A stretch of 64,000 nucleotides of DNA from contig CANPZO010000002.1 of NCBI GenBank assembly GCA_947589005.1, forward strand, positions 7,713-71,712, read 5' to 3'. Shown here piece after piece: positions 20,801 through 29,957 of this stretch. The stretch is from an uncultured Clostridia bacterium. GTDB taxonomy: Bacteria > Bacillota > Clostridia > UMGS1883. The notes below the pieces were generated by a model, which searched no databases, was not told where the DNA came from, and saw only the letters and a list, made by a program, of their open reading frames with translations. Each line of letters begins with the position of its first letter. The first letter of the stretch is position 1. Both the position numbers and the translations under genes were made by a program.

Positions 20801-21691
20801 AAGGGCCTGTTCGATAAGGGCATTGTCGAAAGCGGCGCTACCGAGACAGTCGGCCCGGTGTTTACCTCCCTTGAGGCCAGCCGCAGGGTCACCGAGCTGA
20901 TGCTCGGCGAGCTCGGCATAACCCCCGACCGTATCGAGGAGCTGCAAACCGTTGATTATGACAGGCTCAACGAGGCCGGTAACGCGGCTCTTGCTCAGAC
21001 AGCTCAGGAGTTTAAGATACCCGCCGCTTTGGGCGCGGGCTACAGCATGGAATGGGAGCCGGTTTTGGACGGCGATTATATGCCCACCGACCCGGTGACC
21101 GCGGACTCCTTTGCCGAGGCGGGCAGAGATGTTCCTCTCCTGATAGGCACCAACCTCAACGAGTGGACGGTAATGGGTTCCATGTTCGGCGGCGGACAGC
21201 AGGATAACGCCAGCCTTGACGAGCGTATGCGTCAGACCTACGGCGACGACGCCCAGCGGGTAATGGAGGAGTTCGCCAAAGCCTATCCCAATGAGGAGCC
21301 GAAGAACGCCCTTTACATCGACACTCTCATAAGAATGCCCATACTTAAGATCATGTCTCACAAGGCCGACCAGAACGGCGCGCCGGTCTACTCCTACATT
21401 TTCAGCTGGGGAACGTCCTATCACACGGCGGAGATACCCTTTGTGTTCAACAATGTTGACAAGACCCAGGTCAGCGGCGACCCGGAAGAGGCCAGCAAGC
21501 TGTCCGAGGTGATGAGCCAGGCGTGGATAAACTTCGCCCGAACCGGTAACCCGGGCGGGAACGGAGTTCCAAGCTGGGAGCCGTATACGCGGAGCGGCGG
21601 TGCGGTGATGATTTTCGACAACGAGACCTATCTCACCCACAACCACGATAAGGAGCTGCTTGAGATACTGGCCCCTGATTATGAGTATTAA
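17858..21691 (+). CDS. Giant multi-domain secreted lipoprotein, domain order CMD(AhpD-like) x2, Cu-amine-oxidase-N x2, cupin x2, type-B carboxylesterase
   Basis: Lipoprotein signal 'MKKLISILTAAALLICSVAC'. CMD motifs 'IKEAIYHSAAYCGYTRA' and 'LLATPYNGFPRT'. Cu_amine_oxidN1 repeats 'MTIGSPTMTVNGAEAPID...LLPVRAFVEAIGGSVSWD'. Cupins 'WHSHDGGQILLVTEG' and 'SPHSHQGGQIIAVTNG'. Carboxylesterase has 'VWLHGGGF' and 'FGESGGG'. Confidence 0.8.
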   Translation: MKKLISILTAAALLICSVACGAAGEQNMSAAEKESFISENLDARHRHLSALVTLSANMAYDKIAGEVEAALNDGLTPVEIKEAIYHSAAYCGYTRAASALDAADAALEALGADTAYRTRITSNEENRYNDGLTVQRFLFGPQIGTITEGMAPAMKLQTLYLSGICFGDFYNRTGLSLYDREFLTFCTIVADGNCQGQLMGHANGNYGVGHSPDMLRAAILANEEVNGPEKTAQALNVIDTVPGAAAENVKPEPEEKTPVTLDYESDSAELLATMEHYRADDADGFIAANLDGQAQNLVTEATTAAINGAAAPTSDNKALQNLIDLAVIAAEGGREAEVPAKVAESISAGNSGDRMLAAALLATPYNGFPRTLNIMSAINSALADLPEPEKTVVTMTIGSPTMTVNGAEAPIDAEDTVPMVTNGRTLLPVRAFVEAIGGSVSWDDVSRTATLTYNGTEIKLTIDLAAAILNGEERTLDVAPVVVNGRTMLPIRFIAESFGFTVLWNGETQTVTVIDADTIDYVFPRGMVNPVPNFTGVSYLNFMTGYDETMKIPSFGLVTFEPCTRTDWHSHDGGQILLVTEGRGIFKAEGEPARYMLPGDVIMIAPGQKHIHAAADDSWFAHIALSTNPGAGTTNWYEKVGDEEYQTYVAEAEASGRTAEVRNTVFPRGEVYTSQGLIGTAYKNTLVEYESIWNCPEVDNYTLEAGASVSPHSHQGGQIIAVTNGGGSYTENGETTEIKPGDILTAQPGAIHSITAGGSGIAFIAVNGSPGSDAVKWENGSVAPTEQSAVAKTEAGLVQGEIRNGIYTYLGVPYAEAKERFVPAEKVTPWEGVRPALEYGPMSPQGMVQGGTDNNCQNLNIWTPALADGGKRPVMVWLHGGGFSSGTANETTTDGENLSRKGDVVVVSVNHRLNLMGHLDLSAYGDKYKYSANVGIADIVDSLEWIRDNIEQFGGDPNNVTVFGESGGGAKVLALMTAPEAKGLFDKGIVESGATETVGPVFTSLEASRRVTELMLGELGITPDRIEELQTVDYDRLNEAGNAALAQTAQEFKIPAALGAGYSMEWEPVLDGDYMPTDPVTADSFAEAGRDVPLLIGTNLNEWTVMGSMFGGGQQDNASLDERMRQTYGDDAQRVMEEFAKAYPNEEPKNALYIDTLIRMPILKIMSHKADQNGAPVYSYIFSWGTSYHTAEIPFVFNNVDKTQVSGDPEEASKLSEVMSQAWINFARTGNPGGNGVPSWEPYTRSGGAVMIFDNETYLTHNHDKELLEILAPDYEY

Positions 21692-21887
21692 ACGCGGGAG
21701 GGAGGGCTTAGTGTGAAAAAATCACACTAAGCCCCGGCAGATTTTACGCGCCGTCGAATTTTTCCTCACCCCGATGGGGTTCGGAAACGACGATGCGCAA
21801 AAAAATCTCTTATCATTCCTTGCCCTGCGATAAGAGATTTTCCGTGAATTATAGTTTTTGCTCGCAGGGCGGCGGAATGGAGATTTT

Positions 21888-23981
21888 ATGAAAAAAATAC
21901 TTGTAACCCTCCTGTGCCTGACGCTGATAATGACGGGCTCGGCCTGCGGCGCGGCGGAGGACGGTGATATAATCAGCGCCGAACGGCCCGTGTTCGACGG
22001 CGGCGCGATAAGGTTTTCGATAACCTCGAAAACCGACGCCGACGATGTGCTGACAGCCGCCGCCCTCTACAGCGGCGGCAGGCTGGAAGGGGTGAAGGTG
22101 AACACTTTGAACGGCGAATTTGCCGTAAACAGCGGCGACGAATATATGATGAAAATTTTTGCTTGGGAAAGGGACACCTTAAGACCTCTGACCTCCGTTT
22201 TGACCTTTGACGGCCTGAAAGCGGGGGATAAGCGCCTGCCCGGCGAGGAGCTGGACGAAATCCCCGCGCCCTATTATAACGCCTCCAACGAACCGGGAAC
22301 TCTTGAGGAGCTGTATTACGACACATACGAGTCCTTTTCATACGAGAGCAAGACCCGTCCCCTTACTAAGCGGGCCATAATCTACCTCCCATACGGCTAT
22401 GACGAGGGCAAGCGGTACAATATTTTTTACTATATGCACGGCGGCTGGAGCAACGAGACTACCTCCCTCGGCGTACCGGGCAGGCCCTCAGCCTTAAAAA
22501 ACGTTATTGACAACGCCATAGCGAACGGCGAAATGCAGCCGATGATAATCGTGTGTCCCACTTATAACAACACTAACGAAAACGGTCAGGACAGCGACAA
22601 TTTCAGCCTGGCCCTCCAGCTCAACCGTCAGTTTCACAACGAATTGGTGAACGACCTGATGCCGGCGGCGGAAAGCAGGTACAGCACCTACGCTGCGGAC
22701 GTGACGCCGGAGGGGCTGGCCGCTTCCAGACGGCATCGGGGCTTCGGGGGCTTTTCCATGGGTTCGGTAGCCACGTGGCGAACCTTTCAGAACTGCCTGG
22801 ACTACTTCTACTATTTTATGCCCATGAGCTGCGGCACCTCCCTTGACGATGAAAACATATTCAGCGCCGCCGAGGGCCGGGATCAAAGCGATTATTTTGT
22901 ATGGGTCATGACCGGCACAAACGATTTTGCTTACAGCTACGTCAACAATCGCGTCAATAAGATGCGTGGCTCGAAGTATTTTACCGAAAATGAGAACTTT
23001 ATTTACCGCGTAAAGGAAGGGTACGACCACGGCGGTCTGGCGAGCATGGAATACAGCTATAACGGATTGAAATATTTTTGGAACGAATACGGCGCGACCG
23101 GCGGCCAATCGCACGCCGCCTACACCGCCGAAACAAAAATTTCCGACGTGATAAGCGACCCCGCCTTCGGCGATTACGGGCGGCTGCTGTTCCCGGTGAA
23201 CAGCGGCTATTACGGCGGAAGCACTCTGGGCGATCTGTCCATGACATGGTACAACTATATCGACCCGGACAAGACCGTGGAGATAGCAAATTATATGAAG
23301 TCCCACGCGGATGCCGGAGATACGGTGTTTTATGACATTTACACCGAGGCCGAAAAGACGGCTGACCCCGCCAAGCGCAACACCGGCCTGTTCTTCTTCC
23401 GGGGTGAGCCGGGCGCCAAGTTCGCCATCTGCAACGCCGGCGGAGGGTTTGCCTACGTGGGAGCGATGCACGACAGCTTTCCCCACGCTTTGGAGCTGAG
23501 CAAAAAGGGCTACAACGCCTTTGCCCTGATATACCGTCCCGGCTGGGACACCGCCATGGAGGACCTGGCCCGGGCCATCGCCTTTGTGCATGAAAACGCC
23601 GGCGAACTTCAGGTGGATGTTACGGGCTACTCTCTTTGGGGCGGCAGCGCCGGGGCGAGAATGGCCGCCGACCTCGGCACATACGGCACGGCCTATTACG
23701 GCGAAAAGTCCTATCCCAAGCCGGCCGCCGTCATAATGCAGTACACCGGCCATTCGGAGGTCACCGGCGACGAGCCGCCCACCTACAGCTGCGTGGGCAC
23801 AAGCGACGGCATCGCCAATTACCGCACCATGGAGCGGCGCATAAACGCCATAAAAGCCAACGGAACGGACGCCGAGATAGAAGTGTTTGCGGGTCTGCCC
23901 CACGGCTTCGGCCTTGGCACAGGAACCGTGGCCGAGGGCTGGTTAGATAACGCCGTGGCCTTTTGGGAAAGAAATATGTAA
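21888..23981 (+). CDS. Secreted lipoprotein: N-terminal recurrent module plus esterase-family domain plus alpha/beta-hydrolase (BD-FAE/lipase-like) domain
   Basis: Signal 'MKKILVTLLCLTLIMTGSAC'. Recurrent module 'ALYSGGRLEGV...IFAWERDTLRPL'. Esterase signature 'IIYLPYGYDEGKRYNIFYYMHGGW'. Second domain has 'YSLWGGSAGA' GxSxG. Confidence 0.8.
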   Translation: MKKILVTLLCLTLIMTGSACGAAEDGDIISAERPVFDGGAIRFSITSKTDADDVLTAAALYSGGRLEGVKVNTLNGEFAVNSGDEYMMKIFAWERDTLRPLTSVLTFDGLKAGDKRLPGEELDEIPAPYYNASNEPGTLEELYYDTYESFSYESKTRPLTKRAIIYLPYGYDEGKRYNIFYYMHGGWSNETTSLGVPGRPSALKNVIDNAIANGEMQPMIIVCPTYNNTNENGQDSDNFSLALQLNRQFHNELVNDLMPAAESRYSTYAADVTPEGLAASRRHRGFGGFSMGSVATWRTFQNCLDYFYYFMPMSCGTSLDDENIFSAAEGRDQSDYFVWVMTGTNDFAYSYVNNRVNKMRGSKYFTENENFIYRVKEGYDHGGLASMEYSYNGLKYFWNEYGATGGQSHAAYTAETKISDVISDPAFGDYGRLLFPVNSGYYGGSTLGDLSMTWYNYIDPDKTVEIANYMKSHADAGDTVFYDIYTEAEKTADPAKRNTGLFFFRGEPGAKFAICNAGGGFAYVGAMHDSFPHALELSKKGYNAFALIYRPGWDTAMEDLARAIAFVHENAGELQVDVTGYSLWGGSAGARMAADLGTYGTAYYGEKSYPKPAAVIMQYTGHSEVTGDEPPTYSCVGTSDGIANYRTMERRINAIKANGTDAEIEVFAGLPHGFGLGTGTVAEGWLDNAVAFWERNM

Positions 23982-24027
23982 TAAAAAAGCGACCGGGCGG
24001 CTCAAACTTGCCGGTGAGCCCTATGAA

Positions 24028-24215
24028 TTAGGGGGAAAGCTCGAAAGGGATCTCCCTTTCGATAAAAAACATAAAATCCCAGGGCGTGTACCTGGGATTT
24101 TATACCTTAATCGGGGTAGAAATTAAATTTTATCAAGATAAAATTTAATTTTGTAAGCGCAAGCGCCCGATGCGGAGGGGTTCTCTCAAAGGGGAACCGT
24201 GCGGGTTCCCCTTTG
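24028..24215. repeat. Multi-hairpin intergenic repeat element, copy A (four stem-loops plus conserved single-stranded motifs)
   Basis: Matches the reverse complement of 34331..34512. Loops and linkers are conserved ('gggcgtgtacc', 'ataccttaatcgggg', 'gtaagcgcaagcgcccgatgcgga') while the stems differ in sequence but stay complementary. Confidence 0.7.
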
Positions 24216-24216
24216 A

Positions 24217-24609
24217 TTAAAACTTTATTTCCTCCGGCGGGGCGGTGAAGGACGAGAAAACCGCCGTGGCGTCCTTGAAATACAGAACCTCGGTGTTGTC
24301 GTCGTCGGGGGAGTACATGGCCTGAAGATCGGGATAGCTCTCGAGCAGGTGGGCCTTGGCCTCCCTGCGGTCGTCCCGCACAAGTGTGCCCGAAACGCGG
24401 AGCCACTTTTCGCCGTTAAAAGCGCAAAGCTCCGCCTTGGGGTTAGCTTGAATTTGCTTCGACACGGCCTTTGCCTTGCCGGTCTGAATGTAAAGCTTAC
24501 CCTCGAAAATGTCCACCGTACCGAAGGGGCGCACCCTCGGCTGGTCCCCCTCCGCCGTGGCCATATAGTAGGTTCCGCAGGCTTTCAGAAATTCATAAAC
24601 CTTTTCCAT
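24217..24609 (-). CDS. Pyridoxamine 5'-phosphate oxidase-like FMN-binding protein (general stress protein 26 family)
   Basis: 'MEKVYEFLKACGTYYMATAEGDQPRVRPFGTV' is a typical PNPOx-like N-terminus. 130 aa. Confidence 0.75.
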   Translation of the reverse strand: MEKVYEFLKACGTYYMATAEGDQPRVRPFGTVDIFEGKLYIQTGKAKAVSKQIQANPKAELCAFNGEKWLRVSGTLVRDDRREAKAHLLESYPDLQAMYSPDDDNTEVLYFKDATAVFSSFTAPPEEIKF

Positions 24610-24771
24610 AAATCATACCTCCATATTTGTTGTATTATCATTATACAAAATTTAAGTTGAAAAATCAAGCGCGAAATGAAAAATCTCACACAATCCTCAC
24701 ATTTTCCTCATAAATTTTTAACAAATATGTTGTACAATAAAAACAGAAATTCGTAACGGGCGGGAAAAAAT

Positions 24772-25437
24772 ATGAAGATGTTGATTGTTGACGACGACAG
24801 GCATTTGAGAAAGCTTGTTTATACATACGCCGGGGCCGAGGGCTTCGACTGTGTACAAACGGGCAGTGGGGCCGAGGCGATAACGCTTGTGAGGAACAAT
24901 AAATTTGATATAATCATACTCGACATAATGATGCCCGGCCTTGACGGGTTTGAAACTTTGGCCGAAATGCGCAAATATTCCCGGGCGCCGGTGATAATGC
25001 TGACGGCCAGAAGCGAGGAATACGACAAGCTGCGGGGCTTTGAGCTGGGGGCCGACGATTATGTGGTAAAGCCATTCAGCCCCCAGGAGCTGATGGCGAG
25101 GGTCAACGCCATACTCCGGCGCACCAAGGGCGAGCTGGCCCCGGAGCTGCGCTTCGGCGGGCTTTACATTTCAGAGGCCGCCAGGAGCGTGTATATTGAC
25201 GGCAAAAGCGTGGATCTGCCGCCCAAGCAGTTTGACCTCCTGCTGACCCTGGCAAAAAGCAGGGGAGCGGTGCTCAATCGGGAACACCTCATAGAATTGG
25301 TTTGGGGCTATGATTTCATAGGCTACAGCCGGACGGTTGATACCCATATAAAGGAGCTCAGGGACAATCTGGGCAAATATCGGGATATGATACAGACCGT
25401 GTGGGGAGTTGGATATAAATTTGAATACAAAGAATAG
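24772..25437 (+). CDS. OmpR-family response regulator
   Basis: Receiver 'MKMLIVDDD...DIIILDIMMPGLDGFE' and a winged-helix C-terminus. Confidence 0.9.
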   Translation: MKMLIVDDDRHLRKLVYTYAGAEGFDCVQTGSGAEAITLVRNNKFDIIILDIMMPGLDGFETLAEMRKYSRAPVIMLTARSEEYDKLRGFELGADDYVVKPFSPQELMARVNAILRRTKGELAPELRFGGLYISEAARSVYIDGKSVDLPPKQFDLLLTLAKSRGAVLNREHLIELVWGYDFIGYSRTVDTHIKELRDNLGKYRDMIQTVWGVGYKFEYKE

Positions 25438-26854
25438 AAGGCTTCTGCCGGGAATGACTCTGCGCCTGTGGCTGATTATGATGCTGCTGGTGGTGTTCAC
25501 CGTGGGCTTCATGTGGACGGTGCAGATTGTCGTATTGGAAAGGAGCCACATAACCTCCGAAGAAAAAGAAGTGGATGACGGCCTCGCCTCGGTGAAGGGC
25601 CGCTTGGAAAGCGAGGACCTGGAGGGCAGCGATCTGCTGGCCTACCTTGGTATGAAGGTTGGAGAAAAGCTGGTTATTTCCGGCAGCGACGGCGAGCTGA
25701 TATCCATATACTCCAACGGCCACCCGGTGGACATGGCTCAAGAGCCCGAGGAAAACTTTGTGTGGCGGATGCTGCAAAGCAGTGAATGTTACGGTGATAT
25801 TCTGGCGCACCGCTCTTTCAGCTGCGAGGAAAGATACAAGGGCCGCGTTTACGCATATGAGGCGGGAGTGCCGGTGACCTACGGCGGAAAGGAAGCGTAC
25901 CTCATCGTGATACGCTCCTTTGGGACCCTCTATAACATAATCGACATAAACCGCAGACATCTGGTAGTGCTGAGCGTATTGCTGACGCTGGCGTCGGCGC
26001 TGCTGGCGGCGCTGCTGGCACGGCGCTTTGTGAAGCCTATCAAAAAAATAAAGACCTCGGTGGACGAGCTGGCGAAGGGCAATCTCATTGATGTGCCGGA
26101 GCTGAAGATGAATGACGAGCTGGGCCGGCTTTCCAAGTCCGTAAAGGAGCTGGGCGTGAACCTCCGCCGAGTGGATAAGCTCCGCAAGGAGGTCATAGCG
26201 AACGTGTCTCACGAGCTCCGTTCGCCTCTTGCTCTCATCGGCGGCTATGCGGAAATGGTGAGGGACATAGACTGGAAGGACGAAAAAAAGCGGAACGAGG
26301 ATTTGAACCTCATAGTGAGCGAGTCCAAGCGCATGAGCGAGATGGTCAGCGATATTCTGGACTATTCACAGCTGCAAGCGGGCTATTTAAAGCTGAATTG
26401 CGACCGTTATGACCTTTTGGATATAGCCGAGGCGGAAATCGGGCGCTGCGGCGCGGAGGCCGCCCGGCATGAAATAAACATAAAGCTCAATACCGAGCTC
26501 AGCGAGTTGACGGTGTACGCCGACGCCGCAAAGCTCTGTCAGGTCATAAGGAACCTTTTGTACAACGCCATAAACCACACCGAAAACGGCGGCGAGATTG
26601 AGGTTAAGATTTCCGTCGATGAAAAGGGCGTGTTATTTGAAGTCAAAAACCCCGGCGAACCAATTCCGGAAGACGAAAGGGCCATTATTTGGGAGCGTTA
26701 CCAGCGCAGCCAGCATCAGGGCGGGCGAAGTGCCGGTACCGGCATAGGGCTTTCGATAGTCAGCACCATTCTTGAGGCCCACGGCGCGACTTACGGCGTG
26801 GACTGCGACGGAGGCATAACGGATTTTTGGTTCAGGCTCGACAGCGAAAATTGA
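25409..26854 (+). CDS. Sensor histidine kinase (TM, HAMP, HisKA, HATPase)
   Basis: H-box 'NVSHELRSPL'. ATPase motifs 'YNAINHT' and 'GTGIGLSIV'. The start may be the internal ATG near 25454. Confidence 0.85.
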   Translation: MDINLNTKNRRLLPGMTLRLWLIMMLLVVFTVGFMWTVQIVVLERSHITSEEKEVDDGLASVKGRLESEDLEGSDLLAYLGMKVGEKLVISGSDGELISIYSNGHPVDMAQEPEENFVWRMLQSSECYGDILAHRSFSCEERYKGRVYAYEAGVPVTYGGKEAYLIVIRSFGTLYNIIDINRRHLVVLSVLLTLASALLAALLARRFVKPIKKIKTSVDELAKGNLIDVPELKMNDELGRLSKSVKELGVNLRRVDKLRKEVIANVSHELRSPLALIGGYAEMVRDIDWKDEKKRNEDLNLIVSESKRMSEMVSDILDYSQLQAGYLKLNCDRYDLLDIAEAEIGRCGAEAARHEINIKLNTELSELTVYADAAKLCQVIRNLLYNAINHTENGGEIEVKISVDEKGVLFEVKNPGEPIPEDERAIIWERYQRSQHQGGRSAGTGIGLSIVSTILEAHGATYGVDCDGGITDFWFRLDSEN

Positions 26855-26918
26855 CGCTTTACATTTCAGGGAAAGTGTGGTACAATTTTTATAGGTATAT
26901 TAAAAAGGAGGTTTTTAT

Positions 26919-28352
26919 ATGAAAACATTGAACGCAAAAAGGCTGATCGCCTTTGCGGTGGCCGTGGCGGTGATCTGCCTGGGCTTCGGCCTTTACGCCT
27001 GGCACAGCGGCCGTCCCGTGATGGACACGGCGCAGGCGGCGGACGCGGGCACGGTGATCAAGCTGCAAATCGGCAGCCCCACCATGACCGTCAACGGGGC
27101 GGAGCAGGAGATCGACCCCGGCAGAGGAACGGCGCCCATCATTCAGGATAACCGGACGCTGCTCCCAATTCGGGCGGTCATCGAGGCCCTGGGCGGCAGC
27201 GTGACCTGGGATCAGGAAACTCAGACGGTTATGCTGGCGTATAAGGGCGACATAATCACCATGGTCATCGGCAGCACCTCGGCCTATATCAACGAGGACG
27301 CCCAGACCCTTGACGTGGCCCCCGTCATAATCGACGGGCGCACCATGCTGCCCATACGCTTTGTGGCGGAGGGCTTCAAGCTGGGCGTTGACTGGGACGG
27401 CGAGACCCGGATCGTCACCGTGACCGCGTCCGCGCCGGAGGGACACGCCACCAATGACGCCGACGCCCCGACGGTGTACATGACGACGAGCATCACCCCG
27501 GAGGCCCTTGTCGCCATATATGAGAAGCTGGGCTTTGAACCCCAGGGCAACGTCGCGGTGAAGATGTCCACCGGCGAGCCGCCAAACAGCAACTATTTAA
27601 GACCGGAGCTTATCGGCGACTTGGTTAAAAAGGTTGACGGTACAATCGTTGAGTGCAACACCGCCTACGGCGGCAGCCGCTCCAATACCGCCATGCATAA
27701 ACAAGTTATAGAGGATCACGGTCTTAACGCCATATCAAAGAACGGTGTCGCTGACATTATGGACGAGGACGGTTCCCTCGTAATCCCCGTACCCACGCCC
27801 GAAAACGGCAAGTCAACCATTACCGAGGACTATGTGGGCGCTCACCTCGCCAACTATGACAGCCTAATCTCGCTGGCCCACTTCAAGGGTCACGCAATGG
27901 CGGGCTACGGCGGAGCCATAAAGAATATGTCAATCGGCATCGGCTCCACCGAGGGCAAGTGCTATATCCATTCCGCCGGACAGAGCCACACCTCGCCCTG
28001 GGGCGGCGATCAGGACAAATTCCTTGAATCCATGGGCGACGCCACCAGCGCCGTTGTCAATCAGTTTGACGGACGGGTGGTATATATCAACGTGATGAAC
28101 CGGCTGTCCGTGGACTGCGACTGCGACGGCAATCCCGCCGAGCCGGATATGCACGACATCGGTATACTGGCCTCCTATGACCCGGTGGCTTTGGATCAGG
28201 CGTGTCTTGACCTCGTATATGCTCAAAAGGACGGCGACGGCAAGTCTCTCGTCCAGCGCATCGAGAGCCGCAACGGTCTCCACACCCTCGAGCACGCCGA
28301 GGAAATAGGGCTTGGAAGCAGAACGTACAATTTGGTCAGCATAGATAACTAA
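26919..28352 (+). CDS. Secreted or membrane-anchored protein: Cu-amine-oxidase-N repeats plus DUF362 domain
   Basis: N-terminal anchor 'LIAFAVAVAVICLGFGLYAW'. Cu_amine_oxidN1 'LQIGSPTMTVNGAEQEID...LLPIRAVIEALGGSVTWD'. DUF362-like 'IVECNTAYGGSRS...LAHFKGHAMAGYGGAIKNMSIGIGS...DCDCDGNP'. Paralog of 38466..40205. Confidence 0.75.
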   Translation: MKTLNAKRLIAFAVAVAVICLGFGLYAWHSGRPVMDTAQAADAGTVIKLQIGSPTMTVNGAEQEIDPGRGTAPIIQDNRTLLPIRAVIEALGGSVTWDQETQTVMLAYKGDIITMVIGSTSAYINEDAQTLDVAPVIIDGRTMLPIRFVAEGFKLGVDWDGETRIVTVTASAPEGHATNDADAPTVYMTTSITPEALVAIYEKLGFEPQGNVAVKMSTGEPPNSNYLRPELIGDLVKKVDGTIVECNTAYGGSRSNTAMHKQVIEDHGLNAISKNGVADIMDEDGSLVIPVPTPENGKSTITEDYVGAHLANYDSLISLAHFKGHAMAGYGGAIKNMSIGIGSTEGKCYIHSAGQSHTSPWGGDQDKFLESMGDATSAVVNQFDGRVVYINVMNRLSVDCDCDGNPAEPDMHDIGILASYDPVALDQACLDLVYAQKDGDGKSLVQRIESRNGLHTLEHAEEIGLGSRTYNLVSIDN

Positions 28353-28427
28353 GCTTGACAGAACCAATAAAAAAGAGTATAATTCAGGTAGTACAAAATT
28401 AATATTTAATATAAGGAGGAAAACAAA

Positions 28428-28781
28428 ATGGCATGTTTTATCGTACCAACGGCGGAGGCAATCGTAACGACGGTTGTAAAGAAATCTACGGACAAAAAGG
28501 AAACGCGTAATCCCTTCATCAAACGGCTGAACTGGCTTAACAATATGCTTTGGGGCGGCAGCGCGCTCCTCGCTTTCGAGCACGTTTGGCACGGGGAGGT
28601 TACGCCCTGGTTCCCGTTCCTGACCAACGCGGCGACGCCCGCAAGCACGGCCGCGATGCTGGGAGAAATGGCGACGTCCGGCGTGGGCATGGCGCTCTTG
28701 GTTACGGCGGTATGGGCCGGAATTGCCGCCGCTGCAAACGCGATAGAAAAACGCCCTGTAAGCGCGGAATTGCAGGCATAA
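28428..28781 (+). CDS. Small predicted membrane protein
   Basis: RBS AAGGAGG. Hydrophobic segments. Confidence 0.5.
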   Translation: MACFIVPTAEAIVTTVVKKSTDKKETRNPFIKRLNWLNNMLWGGSALLAFEHVWHGEVTPWFPFLTNAATPASTAAMLGEMATSGVGMALLVTAVWAGIAAAANAIEKRPVSAELQA

Positions 28782-28785
28782 ACGA

Positions 28786-29094
28786 ATGACGCTTTTAATA
28801 ACGGTTTTCGCGGCCGTCACGGTAACGGTGATTTGGTACAACACCGCGGGCAGAATGAAGCTGGGGACGCTGGCGCTGATGCTTTGGGGCGCGGCGTTGA
28901 TGTGGCTTGTTGACGCTGTCGCGGAATACATAGAAGTCGGGGCGGAGTATTTTACTCCCGCCCCGGCGGATATGCTGAACGACGCTTATCTCGGACTGTC
29001 CGTGATTGCCCTCGCGCTGGTGATATGGCTTGCGGTCGTCTTGTACAAAGACCCGAAGGGCCGGATAAGAAAGGCCATACAAAAAGAAAAATAG
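28786..29094 (+). CDS. Small predicted membrane protein
   Basis: Three hydrophobic helices. Adjacent to the previous small gene. Confidence 0.5.
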   Translation: MTLLITVFAAVTVTVIWYNTAGRMKLGTLALMLWGAALMWLVDAVAEYIEVGAEYFTPAPADMLNDAYLGLSVIALALVIWLAVVLYKDPKGRIRKAIQKEK

Positions 29095-29103
29095 GGGATA
29101 GGG

Positions 29104-29150
29104 CGGTTTTGTTTGTAGGCTGAAACCGCCCTTCTTTTCAGGAGCAAACA
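29104..29150 (+). terminator. Intrinsic terminator
   Basis: 'agggcggttttgtttgtaggctgaaaccgcccttcttttc'. Confidence 0.55.
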
Positions 29151-29164
29151 GGAGCAAAGAAAAA

Positions 29165-29956
29165 ATGAACGCAAAATATGAGAAGCTAAAAAATTATCTG
29201 AAAGACCTTGGCTCGGTTGCCGTGGCCTTTTCCGGCGGCGTGGATTCTACCTTTCTGTTAAAGACCGCCCATGACGTTTTGGGCGACAAGGCGGTCGCCG
29301 TGACCGCCCGGTCCTGTTCCTTTCCGGAGCGGGAGCTCGGCGAGGCAAAGCGGTTTTGCGCCCGGGAGGGAATTCGCCATATTGTGGTGCAATCGGAAGA
29401 GCTGAGCATCGAGGGCTTCGCGGACAATCCGAAAAACCGCTGTTACCTCTGCAAAACGGAACTGTTCAAAAAAATGCGTGAAGCGGTCGCCTCCCTTGGG
29501 ATAGAGCATATCGCGGAGGGGTCCAATATGGACGACAACGGCGATTACCGCCCCGGACTTATCGCGGTTCGGGAGCAGGGCATCAAAAGTCCGCTGCGAT
29601 ACGCGGAGCTTAATAAAAATGAAATACGGGAATTATCCAAGGAGCTTGGTTTAGATACATGGAATAAGCAGTCCTTCGCCTGCCTTTCCTCCCGCTTTGT
29701 TTACGGTGAGAAAATTACGGAGGAAAAGCTGAACATGGTGGACAGGGCCGAACAATACCTGCTGGATTTGGGATTTACTCAGGTGCGGGTGCGGATCCAC
29801 GGGAAAATGGCGCGAATAGAAATTAACAGGGACGAATTCCCCAAAATGATAGGCGTGTCCCAACAGGTTTACGAGTATCTGAAAAATTTGGGCTTTACCT
29901 ATGTGTCGCTGGACCTTTGCGGCTACCGCACGGGGAGCATGAACGAGGTGCTGTGA
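29165..29956 (+). CDS. larE: LarE-like ATP-dependent sulfur-transferase (PP-loop ATP pyrophosphatase) of nickel-pincer cofactor biosynthesis
   Basis: PP-loop 'AVAFSGGVDSTFLLKTAHD'. Conserved 'NPKNRCYLCK'. Immediately followed by larB. Confidence 0.75.
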   Translation: MNAKYEKLKNYLKDLGSVAVAFSGGVDSTFLLKTAHDVLGDKAVAVTARSCSFPERELGEAKRFCAREGIRHIVVQSEELSIEGFADNPKNRCYLCKTELFKKMREAVASLGIEHIAEGSNMDDNGDYRPGLIAVREQGIKSPLRYAELNKNEIRELSKELGLDTWNKQSFACLSSRFVYGEKITEEKLNMVDRAEQYLLDLGFTQVRVRIHGKMARIEINRDEFPKMIGVSQQVYEYLKNLGFTYVSLDLCGYRTGSMNEVL

Positions 29957-29957
29957 A

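Noticed and set aside
19877-21646. 589-aa ORF on the minus strand inside the multi-domain lipoprotein gene
   Set aside because: Antisense to a well-supported gene in about 65% GC DNA where long stop-free frames arise by chance. No RBS, and Arg/Gly/Ala-rich low-complexity translation.
22494-23903. 469-aa minus-strand ORF antisense to the tandem esterase
   Set aside because: Same GC-driven artefact. The translation is dominated by G/A/V/R and it has no start context.
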